Positions 39,047-49,464 of a DNA stretch of 57,196 bases are shown in pieces. This DNA comes from Acetobacteraceae bacterium (GTDB lineage Bacteria; Pseudomonadota; Alphaproteobacteria; Acetobacterales; Acetobacteraceae): NCBI GenBank assembly GCA_025055335.1, contig JANWXJ010000255.1:1-57196 (forward strand). Direction: 5' to 3'. The notes beneath the pieces are model-generated. The model saw only the letters and a program-made list of their open reading frames with translations. It was not told the origin of the DNA and made no database searches. Position numbers and translations under genes: made by a program. The stretch's first letter is position 1, and the number at the start of each line of letters is the position of its first letter.

Positions 39047-40015
39047 CTACTGCTCGGCGCGGATGCCCTGGCGGCGCACGAGCGCCGTCGTCCGCTCCCG
39101 GTCGGCGGCCATGAAGGCGCCGACCGCCTCCGGGGTGGCCAGCATCGGCTCGATGATCAGGCTGCGCCAGCGCCCGGCCACCGCCGAGTCCGAGAGCGCG
39201 TCGTTGATCGCGGCATTGAGCGCAAGGATCGCCTGCGGCGGCGTGCGCGCCGGCGCCACGATGGAGGCCCAGCCGGGATGCACGAGATCCACCCCCTGCT
39301 CGCGCAGAGTCGGCACATCGGGCAGCACGGGCTGGCGTTCGGCGGTGGTGACGGCAAGCCCCCGCACGCGCCCCGCCTCGATCGCCCCGCGCGCGGCGGC
39401 GAGGCTGTCCACCATCGCCTGCACCACGCCGGCGGCAAGGTCGGCCTGCGCCTGCGCCGCGCCGCGGTAGGGCACATGCTCCATCCGGAGGCCGCCCGCC
39501 GCTTCCAGCACCAGCGCCATCACCAGGTGGTTCGTCGAGCCGATGCCGGCCGAGCCGTAGTTCAGCGCGCCCGGCCGTTCCCGCACGAGCGCGAGGAACT
39601 CGCGCAGGCTGGCCGGCATCGAGGGATGGGCGGTGATCACCAGCGGGAACAGCCCGAGCATCGCGACGGGCGCGAAATCCGCCGCCACGTCGTAGGGCAG
39701 CGCGACGCCGAGCGCGGGGGCGGCGGCGAAGCCCGCGGCGGTGGCGACCAGCAGCGTATGCCCATCCGGCGCGGCGCGCGCCGCCGCCTCGCCGGCCACC
39801 GCGCCGTTGGCGCCGGGGCGGTTGTCCACGATCACGGGCTGGCCGAGGCGCGGCGGCAGCACCTCTGCGAGCGCGCGGGCGGCGATGTCGGTGCCGCCGC
39901 CCGGCGGGAAGGGAACGATCAGCCGGACGGGGCGGTCGGGCCGCCAGCCGGGGGCCTGGGCGGCGGCGGCGAGCGGCGCGAGCGCGGCCGCGGCAAGCAG
40001 GAGGCGGCGACGCAT
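39047..40015 (-). CDS. Tripartite tricarboxylate transporter substrate-binding protein (Bug/TctC)
   Basis: [31 protein letters not shown]; start overlaps the USP stop (TGATG). Confidence 0.92.
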   Translation of the reverse strand: MRRRLLLAAAALAPLAAAAQAPGWRPDRPVRLIVPFPPGGGTDIAARALAEVLPPRLGQPVIVDNRPGANGAVAGEAAARAAPDGHTLLVATAAGFAAAPALGVALPYDVAADFAPVAMLGLFPLVITAHPSMPASLREFLALVRERPGALNYGSAGIGSTNHLVMALVLEAAGGLRMEHVPYRGAAQAQADLAAGVVQAMVDSLAAARGAIEAGRVRGLAVTTAERQPVLPDVPTLREQGVDLVHPGWASIVAPARTPPQAILALNAAINDALSDSAVAGRWRSLIIEPMLATPEAVGAFMAADRERTTALVRRQGIRAEQ

Positions 40016-40890
40016 CAGCGGCACATCTGCACCGGCAGATCGGCGTTCTCGAGCACATGGCGCGTGACGCCGCCGAGGATCAGCTGGCGCAGGCGGGAAT
40101 GGCTGTAGGCCCCCATCACCAGCAGATCCGCCCCGAAATCGCGCGCCGCGCCGAGCAAGCCCGCGCCCACCTCCTTCGTCAGCGGCTTGAAGGGCATCAG
40201 TTCGCAGGAGATCTCGTGCCAGTGGAGATAGGCCGCGATGCCTTCGGCCGTCGGCCCGCGGCGCTGGTAGTCCTCGGAATGGAGGATGCGCACGGCGCTC
40301 GCGCGGTGCAGCCAGGGCAGGGCGGCGGCGACGGCGGCGGCGCTCTCGGCGCTGCCGTTCCAGGCGACGCAGACGCGGGTGCCGATGCTGGCGGGCGGCT
40401 CGCGCGGGGCCATCAGCACGGGCCGGCCGGAATCGAACAGCACGGCATGCAGCGCATCCGAGGAGGAGACGTCCTCCCCCGCCTCGGGATGCGCGACGAC
40501 GGCAAGGTCATAGAGGCGGGACTGCTGCGCGACCAGATCCTCCTCCCGGCCCGCGACGGATTCGAAGGAGAGCGTGGCTCCCGGCGCCTTGCGCGCCGCC
40601 TCGGCGCTCTCGGCGATCGTCACGTCCTTGCCTTGGACGAAGCGGTCGAAGAGGGCGCGCACGCGGGCGGCGCGCTCCCCGGCCTCGCGCTCGGTCGCGG
40701 CCATCATCTCCTCGATCATCGCGCCCGACAGGCCTTCGCCGGCAAGCGGCGCGACGTCCCGCGCATCCACCCGCACATGCAGGCAATGCACATGCGCGTT
40801 CCAGATCTTCGCCACCATCAGCGCCGTGTGCAGCGCCGCCTCGCCGGCCGCCGTGCCGGTGAGCGGCAGCAGGATCCTGCGGAATGCCAT
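40015..40890 (-). CDS. Universal stress protein (tandem USP domains)
   Basis: [39 protein letters not shown]. Confidence 0.92.
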   Translation of the reverse strand: MAFRRILLPLTGTAAGEAALHTALMVAKIWNAHVHCLHVRVDARDVAPLAGEGLSGAMIEEMMAATEREAGERAARVRALFDRFVQGKDVTIAESAEAARKAPGATLSFESVAGREEDLVAQQSRLYDLAVVAHPEAGEDVSSSDALHAVLFDSGRPVLMAPREPPASIGTRVCVAWNGSAESAAAVAAALPWLHRASAVRILHSEDYQRRGPTAEGIAAYLHWHEISCELMPFKPLTKEVGAGLLGAARDFGADLLVMGAYSHSRLRQLILGGVTRHVLENADLPVQMCR

Positions 40891-40941
40891 GCGGATGGTC
40901 CCCCCTCTCCGCGCCTCGGTCGTGCCAACTCTAGCACAGGG

Positions 40942-42423
40942 TCAGCCGGGTTCGTCCAAGGGGAGCAGGCCGAGCGCGGCGCGCGCCGCGGGCAGCGGAT
41001 CCGACGTGGCGTCGAGCACCTGCCAAGACAGCGCCCCGGGATCGGCACGCAGCGCCTGCCGCAGAACCGTCACATCGGCGTCCGAGGCATCGCCGGAGCG
41101 GGCGGAAACCCTGGCTTCCAGCACCTCGGCCGGGGCCGAGAGCCACAGACCGTCGAAGCGCGCGGCACCCGCCGCCGCCTCGATGCCCGCGCGCATCGCC
41201 GGATCGAGGAACATCGCATCGGCGATCACCGACTGGCCGCCCGCAAGCGCGATGCGGGCCATCATGAAAAGTTCGTCATGCACGCGCGCGCTCGCCTCGC
41301 GCGTGTAGGCCGAGGGCGGCAGCCGCGTCTCGGGGGGGACGCCGTGCTGGCGCTTGCGGATCTCGTCGCTGCGCAGATGCAGCGCCCCGGGCGCGGCGCC
41401 GAGCAGCGGCGCGAGCGCGCGGGCGAGCCGCGTCTTGCCCGTGCCCGTCACGCCGCCGACGGCGACGAGGCGGGGCGGCACCGGCCGCAGCGCATCCTGC
41501 GCGAAGGCGAGGTAGCGCGCCGCATCCCGCCCCGCCGCGGCCAAGGCATGCGCCCGCACCATCGCGCGGGTGGAGAGCCACAGCGCCAGCCCCGCGCAGA
41601 GGCCGGCATCGCCGGTACGCGCCACGTAGCGGGCGAACACCCGGTTCGCCGCCGCGCGGCCGGCGCGCAGCTCGAGGTCCATCAGCAGGAACGCAAGGTC
41701 GTAGCCGGTGTCGGTGGTGGCGAGCGCCTCGTCGAACTCGAGCGCGTCGAACGGCACGGGCCGCCCCTGCCAGAGCGCGAGGTTGCCGAGATGCAGATCC
41801 CCGTGGCAGCGGCGGAGGAACCCCGCCGCGGCGCGGGCCGAAAGCGCCGGGGCGATGGCCTCGAGCCGCGCGCAGGCGGCGGCGTGCCACGCCCGCGCCG
41901 CCTCAGCCGGCAGCCCGGCGGCGAGCGCGCTGGCAAGGTTGCCGTCCAGCACCCGGCGGAAGGCGGCCGGCGCATCGGGCAGCGCCACGCGCGGGGCGGC
42001 GGCGTGCAGTGCTGCCACCGCATCGGCGAGCGAATCGAGGAGTGCGGGAGAGAGCCCCCCGCGCGCCGCCACCGAGTCGAGGAAATCCCCGGGCGGGATC
42101 GGCGCCATCTCGACCAGCGTCTCCACTGCCTCGCCCGCGCCGTCGAGCGAAAGCGCCCCGTCCGCCCCCCGCGTGACGCGCCGGAGCCCGCGGTAGAGCC
42201 CGGGCGCATGCGGGGCGTTGAGCGCGATCTCGCGCTCTGCGAGCGCGGCGCGGCGCGCGGGGTCGGTCTGGTCGAGGAAGGGCAGGCGCACCGCCTTGCG
42301 CAGCTTCAGCACCCGCCCGGGCCCGACGAACACCGCCGAGATGTGCGTCTCGACCGGCCGCGCCGCCCCCGTGGCCTCGGCGCAGAGGGCGGCAACCGCG
42401 GCCTGGGCGGGCGGGATCGTCAC
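40942..42423 (-). CDS. Bifunctional aminoglycoside-phosphotransferase-like / P-loop (AAA_33) kinase
   Basis: [48 protein letters not shown]. Confidence 0.87.
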   Translation of the reverse strand: MTIPPAQAAVAALCAEATGAARPVETHISAVFVGPGRVLKLRKAVRLPFLDQTDPARRAALAEREIALNAPHAPGLYRGLRRVTRGADGALSLDGAGEAVETLVEMAPIPPGDFLDSVAARGGLSPALLDSLADAVAALHAAAPRVALPDAPAAFRRVLDGNLASALAAGLPAEAARAWHAAACARLEAIAPALSARAAAGFLRRCHGDLHLGNLALWQGRPVPFDALEFDEALATTDTGYDLAFLLMDLELRAGRAAANRVFARYVARTGDAGLCAGLALWLSTRAMVRAHALAAAGRDAARYLAFAQDALRPVPPRLVAVGGVTGTGKTRLARALAPLLGAAPGALHLRSDEIRKRQHGVPPETRLPPSAYTREASARVHDELFMMARIALAGGQSVIADAMFLDPAMRAGIEAAAGAARFDGLWLSAPAEVLEARVSARSGDASDADVTVLRQALRADPGALSWQVLDATSDPLPAARAALGLLPLDEPG

Positions 42424-43046
42424 GGGTAGAGAAGGCCGCTCCGCCAGCCCTCGCCCTCGCGGGTGAACAGCAGCCGCTCGTGCAGGCGGAAGGGCCTCTC
42501 GCGCCAGAACTCGATGCGCTCGGGCGTCAGGCGGAAGCCGGACCAGTGGGAAGGGCGCGGGATGTCCTCGCCGGGGAAGCGGGAGTCGAAGGCCTCGACC
42601 GCCGCCTCGAGCTCGCTCCGCGAGCCGAGCGGCTGCGACTGCCGCGAGGCCCAGGCGCCGATGCGGCTGAGCCTCGGGCGGGAGGCGTAGTAGGCATCCG
42701 CCTCCTCGGGCGCGACGGGGGCGAGCGGCCCCTCGATCCGCACCTGCCGGCCGAGGCTCTTCCAGTGGAACAGCAGCGCGGCGCGGGGGTTGGCCGCGAT
42801 CTCCCGGCCCTTGCGGCTCTCGAGGTTGGTGTAGAACACGAAGCCCCTAGCGGGCGCACCCTCGGGGTCGAGGCCCTTGAGCAGCACCATGCGGGCGGAG
42901 GGGGCACCATCGGGTGTCGCGGTGGCGAGGCACATGGCGTTCGGGTCGTTCGGCTCCGCCGCCTCGGCCTCGGCGAACCAGTCGGAGAACAGGGCGAAGG
43001 GATCGGTCATCGGCGGCTCCGGTGCGCCCCGGGCTTGCCGGGACAT
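42420..43046 (-). CDS. pdxH: Pyridoxamine 5'-phosphate oxidase
   Basis: [39 protein letters not shown]; start uncertain (43046 or 43010). Confidence 0.94.
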   Translation of the reverse strand: MSRQARGAPEPPMTDPFALFSDWFAEAEAAEPNDPNAMCLATATPDGAPSARMVLLKGLDPEGAPARGFVFYTNLESRKGREIAANPRAALLFHWKSLGRQVRIEGPLAPVAPEEADAYYASRPRLSRIGAWASRQSQPLGSRSELEAAVEAFDSRFPGEDIPRPSHWSGFRLTPERIEFWRERPFRLHERLLFTREGEGWRSGLLYP

Positions 43047-43111
43047 GGCGGGTGTGCCATTCGCCCCGGGCTCCGGCAACCGCCGCCCGCCCCTTCCGAC
43101 GAGCCACGACC

Positions 43112-43954
43112 ATGCCCGACGAGCAGCCGCTTCCCGCCCTCCCGACAGGTACGCTGATGCAGGGGCGGCGCGGGCTGGTCATGGGGGTGGCGAACGACCG
43201 CTCGATCGCCTGGGCGATCGCCCGCGCCTGCGCGGCGCAGGGGGCGGAGCTTGCCTTCACCTACCAGGGGGATGCGCTCGGGCGGCGGGTGAAGCCGCTG
43301 GCCGAGAGCGTCGGGTCCGACCTCGTGCTGCCCTGCGACGTGACGAGCGATTCCGAGATGGACGCCGCCTTCAAGGCGGTGGCCGAACGCTGGGGGCGGC
43401 TCGACTTCCTGGTGCATGCCATCGGCTTCGCCGACAAGCAGTATCTGCGCGGCCGCTACCTCGACACCCCGCGCGAGGCGTTCCTGCAGGCGCTCGACAT
43501 CTCCTGCTATTCCTTCGCCGCCGTGGGGCGCCGGGCGGCGGCGCTGATGGGCGAGGGCGGCGCGCTGCTGACCCTCACCTACTACGGCGCCGAGAAGTGG
43601 ACGCCGCACTACAACGTGATGGGGGTGGCGAAGGCGGCGCTGGAGGCGAGCGTGCGCTACATGGCCGCCGACCTCGGCGAGCGGGGGATCCGCGTGAACG
43701 CCATCAGCGCCGGCCCGATCAAGACCCTGGCGGCGAGCGGCATCGGCGATTTCCGCTACATCCTGAAGTGGAACCAGCACAACAGCCCGATGCGCCGCAA
43801 CGTCACGCTCGAGGAGGTGGGGGGTGCGGGGCTCTATCTGCTCTCGCCGCTGTCCTCGGGCGTGACGGGCGAGGTGCATCACGTGGACTGCGGCTACCAC
43901 ATCGTCGGCATGAAGCATCCGGACGCGCCGGACCTGACGGTGGAGCGGGGGTGA
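43112..43954 (+). CDS. fabI: Enoyl-ACP reductase
   Basis: [33 protein letters not shown]. Confidence 0.95.
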   Translation: MPDEQPLPALPTGTLMQGRRGLVMGVANDRSIAWAIARACAAQGAELAFTYQGDALGRRVKPLAESVGSDLVLPCDVTSDSEMDAAFKAVAERWGRLDFLVHAIGFADKQYLRGRYLDTPREAFLQALDISCYSFAAVGRRAAALMGEGGALLTLTYYGAEKWTPHYNVMGVAKAALEASVRYMAADLGERGIRVNAISAGPIKTLAASGIGDFRYILKWNQHNSPMRRNVTLEEVGGAGLYLLSPLSSGVTGEVHHVDCGYHIVGMKHPDAPDLTVERG

Positions 43955-44790
43955 ACGGCCGGACGGACCGCGCGCTCGGGGCGTTCCTCGGGCTTGCGGT
44001 GGGCGAGGCCGTCGGCACCACGCTCGGGTTCGCCGAGCGCGACCGACAGCCGCGGCTGACGGACATGGTGGGCGGCGGCCCCTTCGGCCTGCCCCCGGGC
44101 GGCTGGACCGACGACACCTCGATGGCGCTGGCGCTCGCCGACAGCCTCGCCGAGCGCGGGCGGCTCGATCCCGACGACGTGATGCGCCGCTGGGTCCGCT
44201 GGTGGCGGGAGGGGGCCTACAGCCACACCGGCCGCTACTTCGACATCGGCATCCAGACGCACAGTGCTCTGGCCGCCTATGAGCGGACCGGCCGCCTTCC
44301 CGCCCCGACCGACAGCGCCGGCAACGGGGCGATCATGCGGCTTGCCCCGGTGGTGCTGTTCGCGCCCGACGCGGGCGCCGAGGAGGCCGCGCGCCTCTCA
44401 GCCGCCCAGGCCCGCCTCACGCACAACACCGACGAGGCCGCCGACACCGCCGCCGCCATGGCGCGGCTGCTGCACGGCCTGATCGAGGGCGGCGGACGCG
44501 AGGCGGTCGGCCACATCGCCGCGCGTCGGGAGGAGGTGCGCGCCTCCGGCTGGGTGCGTCACACCTGGCACGCCGCCCGCTGGGCGGTGGCGACCACGAC
44601 GAGCTTCGAGGAGGCGGTGCTGGCGGCCGCGAACCTCGCCGAGGACGCCGACACCACCGCCGCCGTGGCGGGGCAGATCGCCGGGGCTCTCTACGGCCTG
44701 TCGGGCATCCCGCCGCGCTGGCTCGATCGGCTGCTGTGGCGGGCGGAGATCGACGCGCTTGCGCGGCGGCTGCTTCCGGCGGAAGCCTGA
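43951..44790 (+). CDS. ADP-ribosylglycohydrolase family protein (DraG/ARH-like)
   Basis: GGGPF, WTDDTSM, FDIG, AGNGAIMR, EDADTTAAVAGQIAGA; GTGA overlap with fabI. Confidence 0.9.
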   Translation: MNGRTDRALGAFLGLAVGEAVGTTLGFAERDRQPRLTDMVGGGPFGLPPGGWTDDTSMALALADSLAERGRLDPDDVMRRWVRWWREGAYSHTGRYFDIGIQTHSALAAYERTGRLPAPTDSAGNGAIMRLAPVVLFAPDAGAEEAARLSAAQARLTHNTDEAADTAAAMARLLHGLIEGGGREAVGHIAARREEVRASGWVRHTWHAARWAVATTTSFEEAVLAAANLAEDADTTAAVAGQIAGALYGLSGIPPRWLDRLLWRAEIDALARRLLPAEA

Positions 44791-44793
44791 GCC

Positions 44794-45900
44794 ATGTCCC
44801 ACAACACCCACGGCCATCTGTTCCGCGTCACCACCTGGGGCGAATCGCACGGCCCGGCCATCGGCTGCGTGGTGGACGGCTGCCCGCCCGGCATCCCGCT
44901 CTCGGAAGCCGACATCCAGCCCTTCCTCGACCGCCGCCGCCCGGGCCAGTCGAGGTTCACCACCCAGCGCCAGGAGGCCGACCTGGTCCGCATCCTCTCC
45001 GGCGTGTTCGAGGGCCTGACGACCGGCACCCCGATCGCCCTTTTGATCGAGAACACCGACCAGCGCAGCAAGGACTACGCCGAGATCGCCGAGCGCTTCC
45101 GCCCCGGCCACGCCGACCTGACCTACCACCTGAAATACGGCGTGCGGGACCATCGCGGCGGCGGCCGCTCCTCGGCGCGCGAGACGGCGATGCGGGTGGC
45201 CGCCGGCGCCATCGCGCGCAAGGTTCTGGGCAGCGGCGTGATCATCCGCGGCGCGCTGGTGGCGATGGGCGGCGACTGGGTCAGCCGCGAGGCGTGGGAC
45301 TGGGCGGAGACGGACCGCAACCCCTTCTTCTGCCCCGACGCCGCCGCCGCCGCGCGGTGGGAGGCGCGCCTTGCCGCCGCCCGCAAGGCCGGCTCTTCGC
45401 TTGGCGCCGTCATCGAGGTGGTGGCCGAAGGCGTCCCCCCCGGCCTCGGCGCGCCGATCTACGGCAAACTGGATGCCGACCTCGCCGCCGCCTTCATGGG
45501 GATCAACGCCGTGAAGGGCGTCGAGATCGGCGAGGGCTTCGCCGCGGCCGGCCTCTCGGGCGAGGAGAACGCCGACGAGATGCGCATGGACCCGGACGGC
45601 AGGGTGCGCTTCCTCTCCAACCGGGCGGGGGGGATCCTGGGCGGCATCTCCACCGGGCAGCCGATCGTCGCCCGCTTCGCGGTGAAGCCGACGAGCTCGA
45701 TCCTCTCCCCCCGCCGCTCGGTGGACCGGCACGGCCAGGAGACCGAGGTGGTGACGAAGGGCCGCCACGACCCCTGTGTCGGCATCCGCGCCGTGCCGGT
45801 CGGCGAGGCGATGATGGCCCTCGTGCTGGCCGACCACCTGCTCCGCCACCGCGCGCAATGCCCGGACGCGCCGGCCATCGCCCGGCTGCCGCGCAACTGA
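44794..45900 (+). CDS. aroC: Chorismate synthase
   Basis: [34 protein letters not shown]. Confidence 0.97.
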   Translation: MSHNTHGHLFRVTTWGESHGPAIGCVVDGCPPGIPLSEADIQPFLDRRRPGQSRFTTQRQEADLVRILSGVFEGLTTGTPIALLIENTDQRSKDYAEIAERFRPGHADLTYHLKYGVRDHRGGGRSSARETAMRVAAGAIARKVLGSGVIIRGALVAMGGDWVSREAWDWAETDRNPFFCPDAAAAARWEARLAAARKAGSSLGAVIEVVAEGVPPGLGAPIYGKLDADLAAAFMGINAVKGVEIGEGFAAAGLSGEENADEMRMDPDGRVRFLSNRAGGILGGISTGQPIVARFAVKPTSSILSPRRSVDRHGQETEVVTKGRHDPCVGIRAVPVGEAMMALVLADHLLRHRAQCPDAPAIARLPRN

Positions 45901-45918
45901 GGAGTCGCATTCCGCCGC

Positions 45919-45967
45919 TTGACCGGGTGGCGCGGAAAGCCCTACTCCGGCACTCAACAACAAGAAC
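45919..45967 (+). promoter_or_regulatory. Putative sigma70-type promoter with A-rich leader
   Basis: TTGACC-N17-CTACTC followed by AACAACAAGAAC. Confidence 0.4.
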
Positions 45968-45980
45968 ACGGGATAGGGCC

Positions 45981-47177
45981 ATGCCGTTCCAGGATCCCCG
46001 CCCCTCGGCGGGGGCTGCCGCCAACTTCGCCTCGCTTGCGGGCAAGCGCGTCTGGCGCAAGCGTGCCGCGGAACTGGTCGGGCGGGCGGCGGCGCGTTCG
46101 CTGGAAGGCCGCGCCGCCAGGGCCCGGCACGCGCTTGAGCTGATGCTGGCCCGCGCCGCCGAGGCGCCGCCCGAGGCGCCCACCCTCGCCGAACGCCGGG
46201 CGCTCGCCTTCGCCGAGGAGGCGGTGCGCCTCGCGGCCAGCCTGCCCGCCCCGGCCCGCGCCCGGCTTCGCGCCCGGATCGAGGCGGCGCTGTCGGGCGA
46301 CGAGACGCTGATCCCGCTGTTTCACCTGCTGCGCACCGCGCTCCTGCAGCGCGCCCGCGGCTACGAGGTGGCCTTCACCGGCCTGACCGACGCCACGCCC
46401 TGGGATCTGACGATCCGCTCGGGCGACACCGTGGCCGAGATCGTCTGCGAGACCGTCTCGGCCGAGGACGGCCGCGCCCTCCATCGCGGCGCCTGGTGCC
46501 GCCTCGTGGACCGGGTGAACCCCGAGCTGCAGACCTGGCTTGCCGCCCATCCCGGGCGCTATGTGCTGAAGATCACGCTGCCCGAGGGGCTTTCGGGGCC
46601 CGAGGGGCTGCCCGCCCTGCAGCGGCGCATCCTCGACATGCTGGCCGCCGAGAAGCGCGCCGACCAGTCGGCGGACGCGATCCTCAAGCTCGACCCGCTC
46701 GTGCTCGGCGCAGCCCAGGCCGGGGCGGCGCTGCCGGCCGAGCTTCGCGCCCAGTTCGGCCCCGAGGCGCATCTTGCCGTCACCACCGCCCCGGGCGGCG
46801 GCGGGGTGTTCGTGATGGCCGCCCGCGCGGGGCGGGAGAATGCGATCAGCGAGGCGCTGGCGCGGCGCGCCGCCGCCGTCGCTCCGGTCCGTCTCTCCGG
46901 CGAGAGGCCGGGGATCCTCGCCCTGTTCCTCGACGAGGTAGAGCGCGGCGAATGGCGCGCCCTGCGCGAGAGCCTCGAGATCGAGGGGGCGGTGCGCCGG
47001 TTCCTGACCGGGGCGGCGGCAAGGCCGGTCGTGGCCGTCACCTGCGCGAGCAGGATGGAGCTGTTCGGGCTTGCCCCGCCCGATGCCGCGCCTGCGGGCG
47101 AACTCCGCTTCCGCAACCCGAGGCACCGCCTGGCGACGCAGCCGGACCTGCAGGCGGCGATCGCGCCGACGCTCTGA
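45981..47177 (+). CDS. Hypothetical protein, 398 aa
   Basis: Protein-like composition from ATG 45981, typical codon usage, own promoter-like region; no family recognised. Confidence 0.8.
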   Translation: MPFQDPRPSAGAAANFASLAGKRVWRKRAAELVGRAAARSLEGRAARARHALELMLARAAEAPPEAPTLAERRALAFAEEAVRLAASLPAPARARLRARIEAALSGDETLIPLFHLLRTALLQRARGYEVAFTGLTDATPWDLTIRSGDTVAEIVCETVSAEDGRALHRGAWCRLVDRVNPELQTWLAAHPGRYVLKITLPEGLSGPEGLPALQRRILDMLAAEKRADQSADAILKLDPLVLGAAQAGAALPAELRAQFGPEAHLAVTTAPGGGGVFVMAARAGRENAISEALARRAAAVAPVRLSGERPGILALFLDEVERGEWRALRESLEIEGAVRRFLTGAAARPVVAVTCASRMELFGLAPPDAAPAGELRFRNPRHRLATQPDLQAAIAPTL

Positions 47178-47190
47178 TCGGCGGCCGGAG

Positions 47191-48672
47191 TCAGCCTCTG
47201 ATCCCGGCCTCCTCCGCCTCCCGGAGCAGCGCCGACAGCCCGGCCAGGGTCTCGCGCGAGGCGTCCTCGAGCGCCGCCATCTCGCGCTGCATCGCCTCGT
47301 AGTCGCCGCGCTGGTGCGCCTCGGCCGCCGAACGGCCATGGACATGGACCCGCTTGTGCGGGCCGGCGAGCGGCGCGAAGGCCGGCAGCCGCCGGTAGGG
47401 GAGGCTGCCTGCGCCGTAGTACCACCGGCCGAGCCGGCACGCCTCGTCGGAGGCGAGCTCCTCCAGCCGGAGCGCCACGAGCCCGGCCTGCAGATCGCCA
47501 AGCCGCTTCTTCCACAGCAGGTGGTCAAGGCGCGCCATGCGCAGCACCTTGTGCGGGATCGGCGCCTCGAAGGCGGCGTTGACCTCGGCGAGGGCCAGTT
47601 TCTCGGCCCGGCGCCCGGCCTCGATGGCGGCTTCGGCCGCGCCGCGCGCCTCGCGGGCGCGGGCGGCGATCGCCGCCATGTTGCCGGCCACCTCGTCGGC
47701 GGCCTGGCGCTGCTGGTCGAGGATGCGAGAGATCTCCCCGACGCCCTCCGCCGCCGTCTCGATGCTGGCCGCCACACCCGCCGCCTCCTCGGCGACGCCG
47801 GCAAGCCGCCTATCCACCCCGCCCGCGGAGCCGGCGGCCTGCCGCATCGCCGCCAGCACGCCGGCCATGCCGGCGCGCATCTCCCCGATCACGTCGCGGA
47901 TCTCGTCCGTCGCCCGCGCCGTCTCGCGCGACAGGCTCTTCACCTCGGAGGCGACGACCGCGAAGCCCTTCCCGGCCTCCCCGGCGCGGGCGGCCTCGAT
48001 CGTCGCGTTCAGCGCGAGGAGGTTGGTCTGGCTCGCGATCGTCTCGATCAGCCCGGCCATCTCGTTCACGCGCTCGAGCGTGCGGGCCAGCGACTCCACC
48101 CGGGCCGCCGCGTCCGTCACCAGCCGGGAGAGCCCCGCCATCTCCGCCGTGGCCTCGGCGGCGGCGTGGCGGGCGCCGGCGGAGCGGCCGCGCACCTCCT
48201 CGACCTGCCGGGCGACGCGGGCCGCCTCCTCGGCGATGCCGCCGACCGAGGCGACGAGTTCCTGCGCCGCCGCCGCCGTGGCGGCCGAGCGCTCCGCCTG
48301 CTCGCGCAGCCCGGCGATGATGCGGGCATTCGCGATCGCTCCTTCCGCCAGCTCGCCGGCGAGCGAGACGAGCCGCTCGAACGCGGCAGGGTCGGCGTGC
48401 GTTCCGTCGGCGGCGGCGCCCTGCTCCGCGGACGGTGGCGCCGCGCCCGGCTCCTGCTGTGCCTGCGCCAAGCCGGCGAGCGCGTCGAGCACCGCGGCGA
48501 GCCGCCCGGCGTCTCGCCCGCGCCGGAGCGCCAGCGGCGAGGCCAACCGGGCGAGCAGGGCGCGGCCCTCCTCGGCGAGCGCGGCGGCCTGCCGCGCGGC
48601 GGATAGGGGCGGCGGGCCGCCGGAGATGGCTTGGGGCGTGGCGGGCGGGCGCGGGCGGGAGGATTCGGTCAT
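47191..48672 (-). CDS. Soluble methyl-accepting chemotaxis protein with C-terminal CZB domain
   Basis: [51 protein letters not shown]; no TM segment. Confidence 0.9.
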   Translation of the reverse strand: MTESSRPRPPATPQAISGGPPPLSAARQAAALAEEGRALLARLASPLALRRGRDAGRLAAVLDALAGLAQAQQEPGAAPPSAEQGAAADGTHADPAAFERLVSLAGELAEGAIANARIIAGLREQAERSAATAAAAQELVASVGGIAEEAARVARQVEEVRGRSAGARHAAAEATAEMAGLSRLVTDAAARVESLARTLERVNEMAGLIETIASQTNLLALNATIEAARAGEAGKGFAVVASEVKSLSRETARATDEIRDVIGEMRAGMAGVLAAMRQAAGSAGGVDRRLAGVAEEAAGVAASIETAAEGVGEISRILDQQRQAADEVAGNMAAIAARAREARGAAEAAIEAGRRAEKLALAEVNAAFEAPIPHKVLRMARLDHLLWKKRLGDLQAGLVALRLEELASDEACRLGRWYYGAGSLPYRRLPAFAPLAGPHKRVHVHGRSAAEAHQRGDYEAMQREMAALEDASRETLAGLSALLREAEEAGIRG

Positions 48673-48729
48673 GGCGGATCCGCAGGCTGGATGCTCCCGC
48701 CAAGCTGCGCGATCCCGGTTACCGCGCCG

Positions 48730-49464
48730 TTACGCCCGCTCGGCCCCGATCAGGAACTCGCGGTTGCCTTCGGGGCCGGTGATCGGGCTCTCGACCACCC
48801 CGGCCACGCGCCAGCCGGGCAGCGCCTCCCACCAGGCGCGGATCGTCCCGCACAGCTCGGCGTGCACCGCAGGGTCGCGCACCACGCCGCCCTTGCCCAC
48901 GCGTCCCGGCCCCGCCTCGAACTGCGGCTTGATCAGCGCCACCGCGAAGGCCCCCGGGGCGCAAAGGGCAAGCCCCGCCGGCAGCACGGTGCGCAGCCCG
49001 ATGAAGGAGGCATCGCACACCAAGGCGCCGAGCGGATCCGGGACCAGGGCCGCGTCCAGGTGCCGGGCGTTGGTCTTCTCGAGCACCACCACGCGCGGAT
49101 CGGTCCGGAGTTTCCAGGCAAGCTGCCCCTGCCCGACATCCACCGCATACACCTTCGCCGCGCCGCGGCCGAGCAGCACGTCGGTGAATCCCCCGGTCGA
49201 GGCGCCGATGTCGAGGCAGATGCGCCCCGCCGGATCGAAGCCGAAGGCGTCGAGCCCGTGCGCGAGCTTGATCCCCCCGCGCGATACCCAAGGGTGGTCC
49301 TGGCCCCGAACCGACAGCGGCGCATTGTCCGGCACCGGCTCGCCCGGCTTCTCGATGCGCGATGCGCCCGAGAACACGAGTCCGGCCATGATCAGCGCCT
49401 GCGCGCGGGCGCGGCTTTCGGCAAGCCCACGCTCGACCAGCGCGACGTCGGCGCGGCGCTTCAC
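48730..49464 (-). CDS. tlyA: TlyA family rRNA methyltransferase
   Basis: S4 domain, [39 protein letters not shown]. Confidence 0.94.
   Translation of the reverse strand: MKRRADVALVERGLAESRARAQALIMAGLVFSGASRIEKPGEPVPDNAPLSVRGQDHPWVSRGGIKLAHGLDAFGFDPAGRICLDIGASTGGFTDVLLGRGAAKVYAVDVGQGQLAWKLRTDPRVVVLEKTNARHLDAALVPDPLGALVCDASFIGLRTVLPAGLALCAPGAFAVALIKPQFEAGPGRVGKGGVVRDPAVHAELCGTIRAWWEALPGWRVAGVVESPITGPEGNREFLIGAERA

Noticed and set aside
42877..47177. Long N-terminal extensions of the ARH (from 42877) and hypothetical (from 44736) ORFs
   Set aside because: Out-of-frame overlaps with fabI and aroC; plausible starts are at 43951 and 45981.
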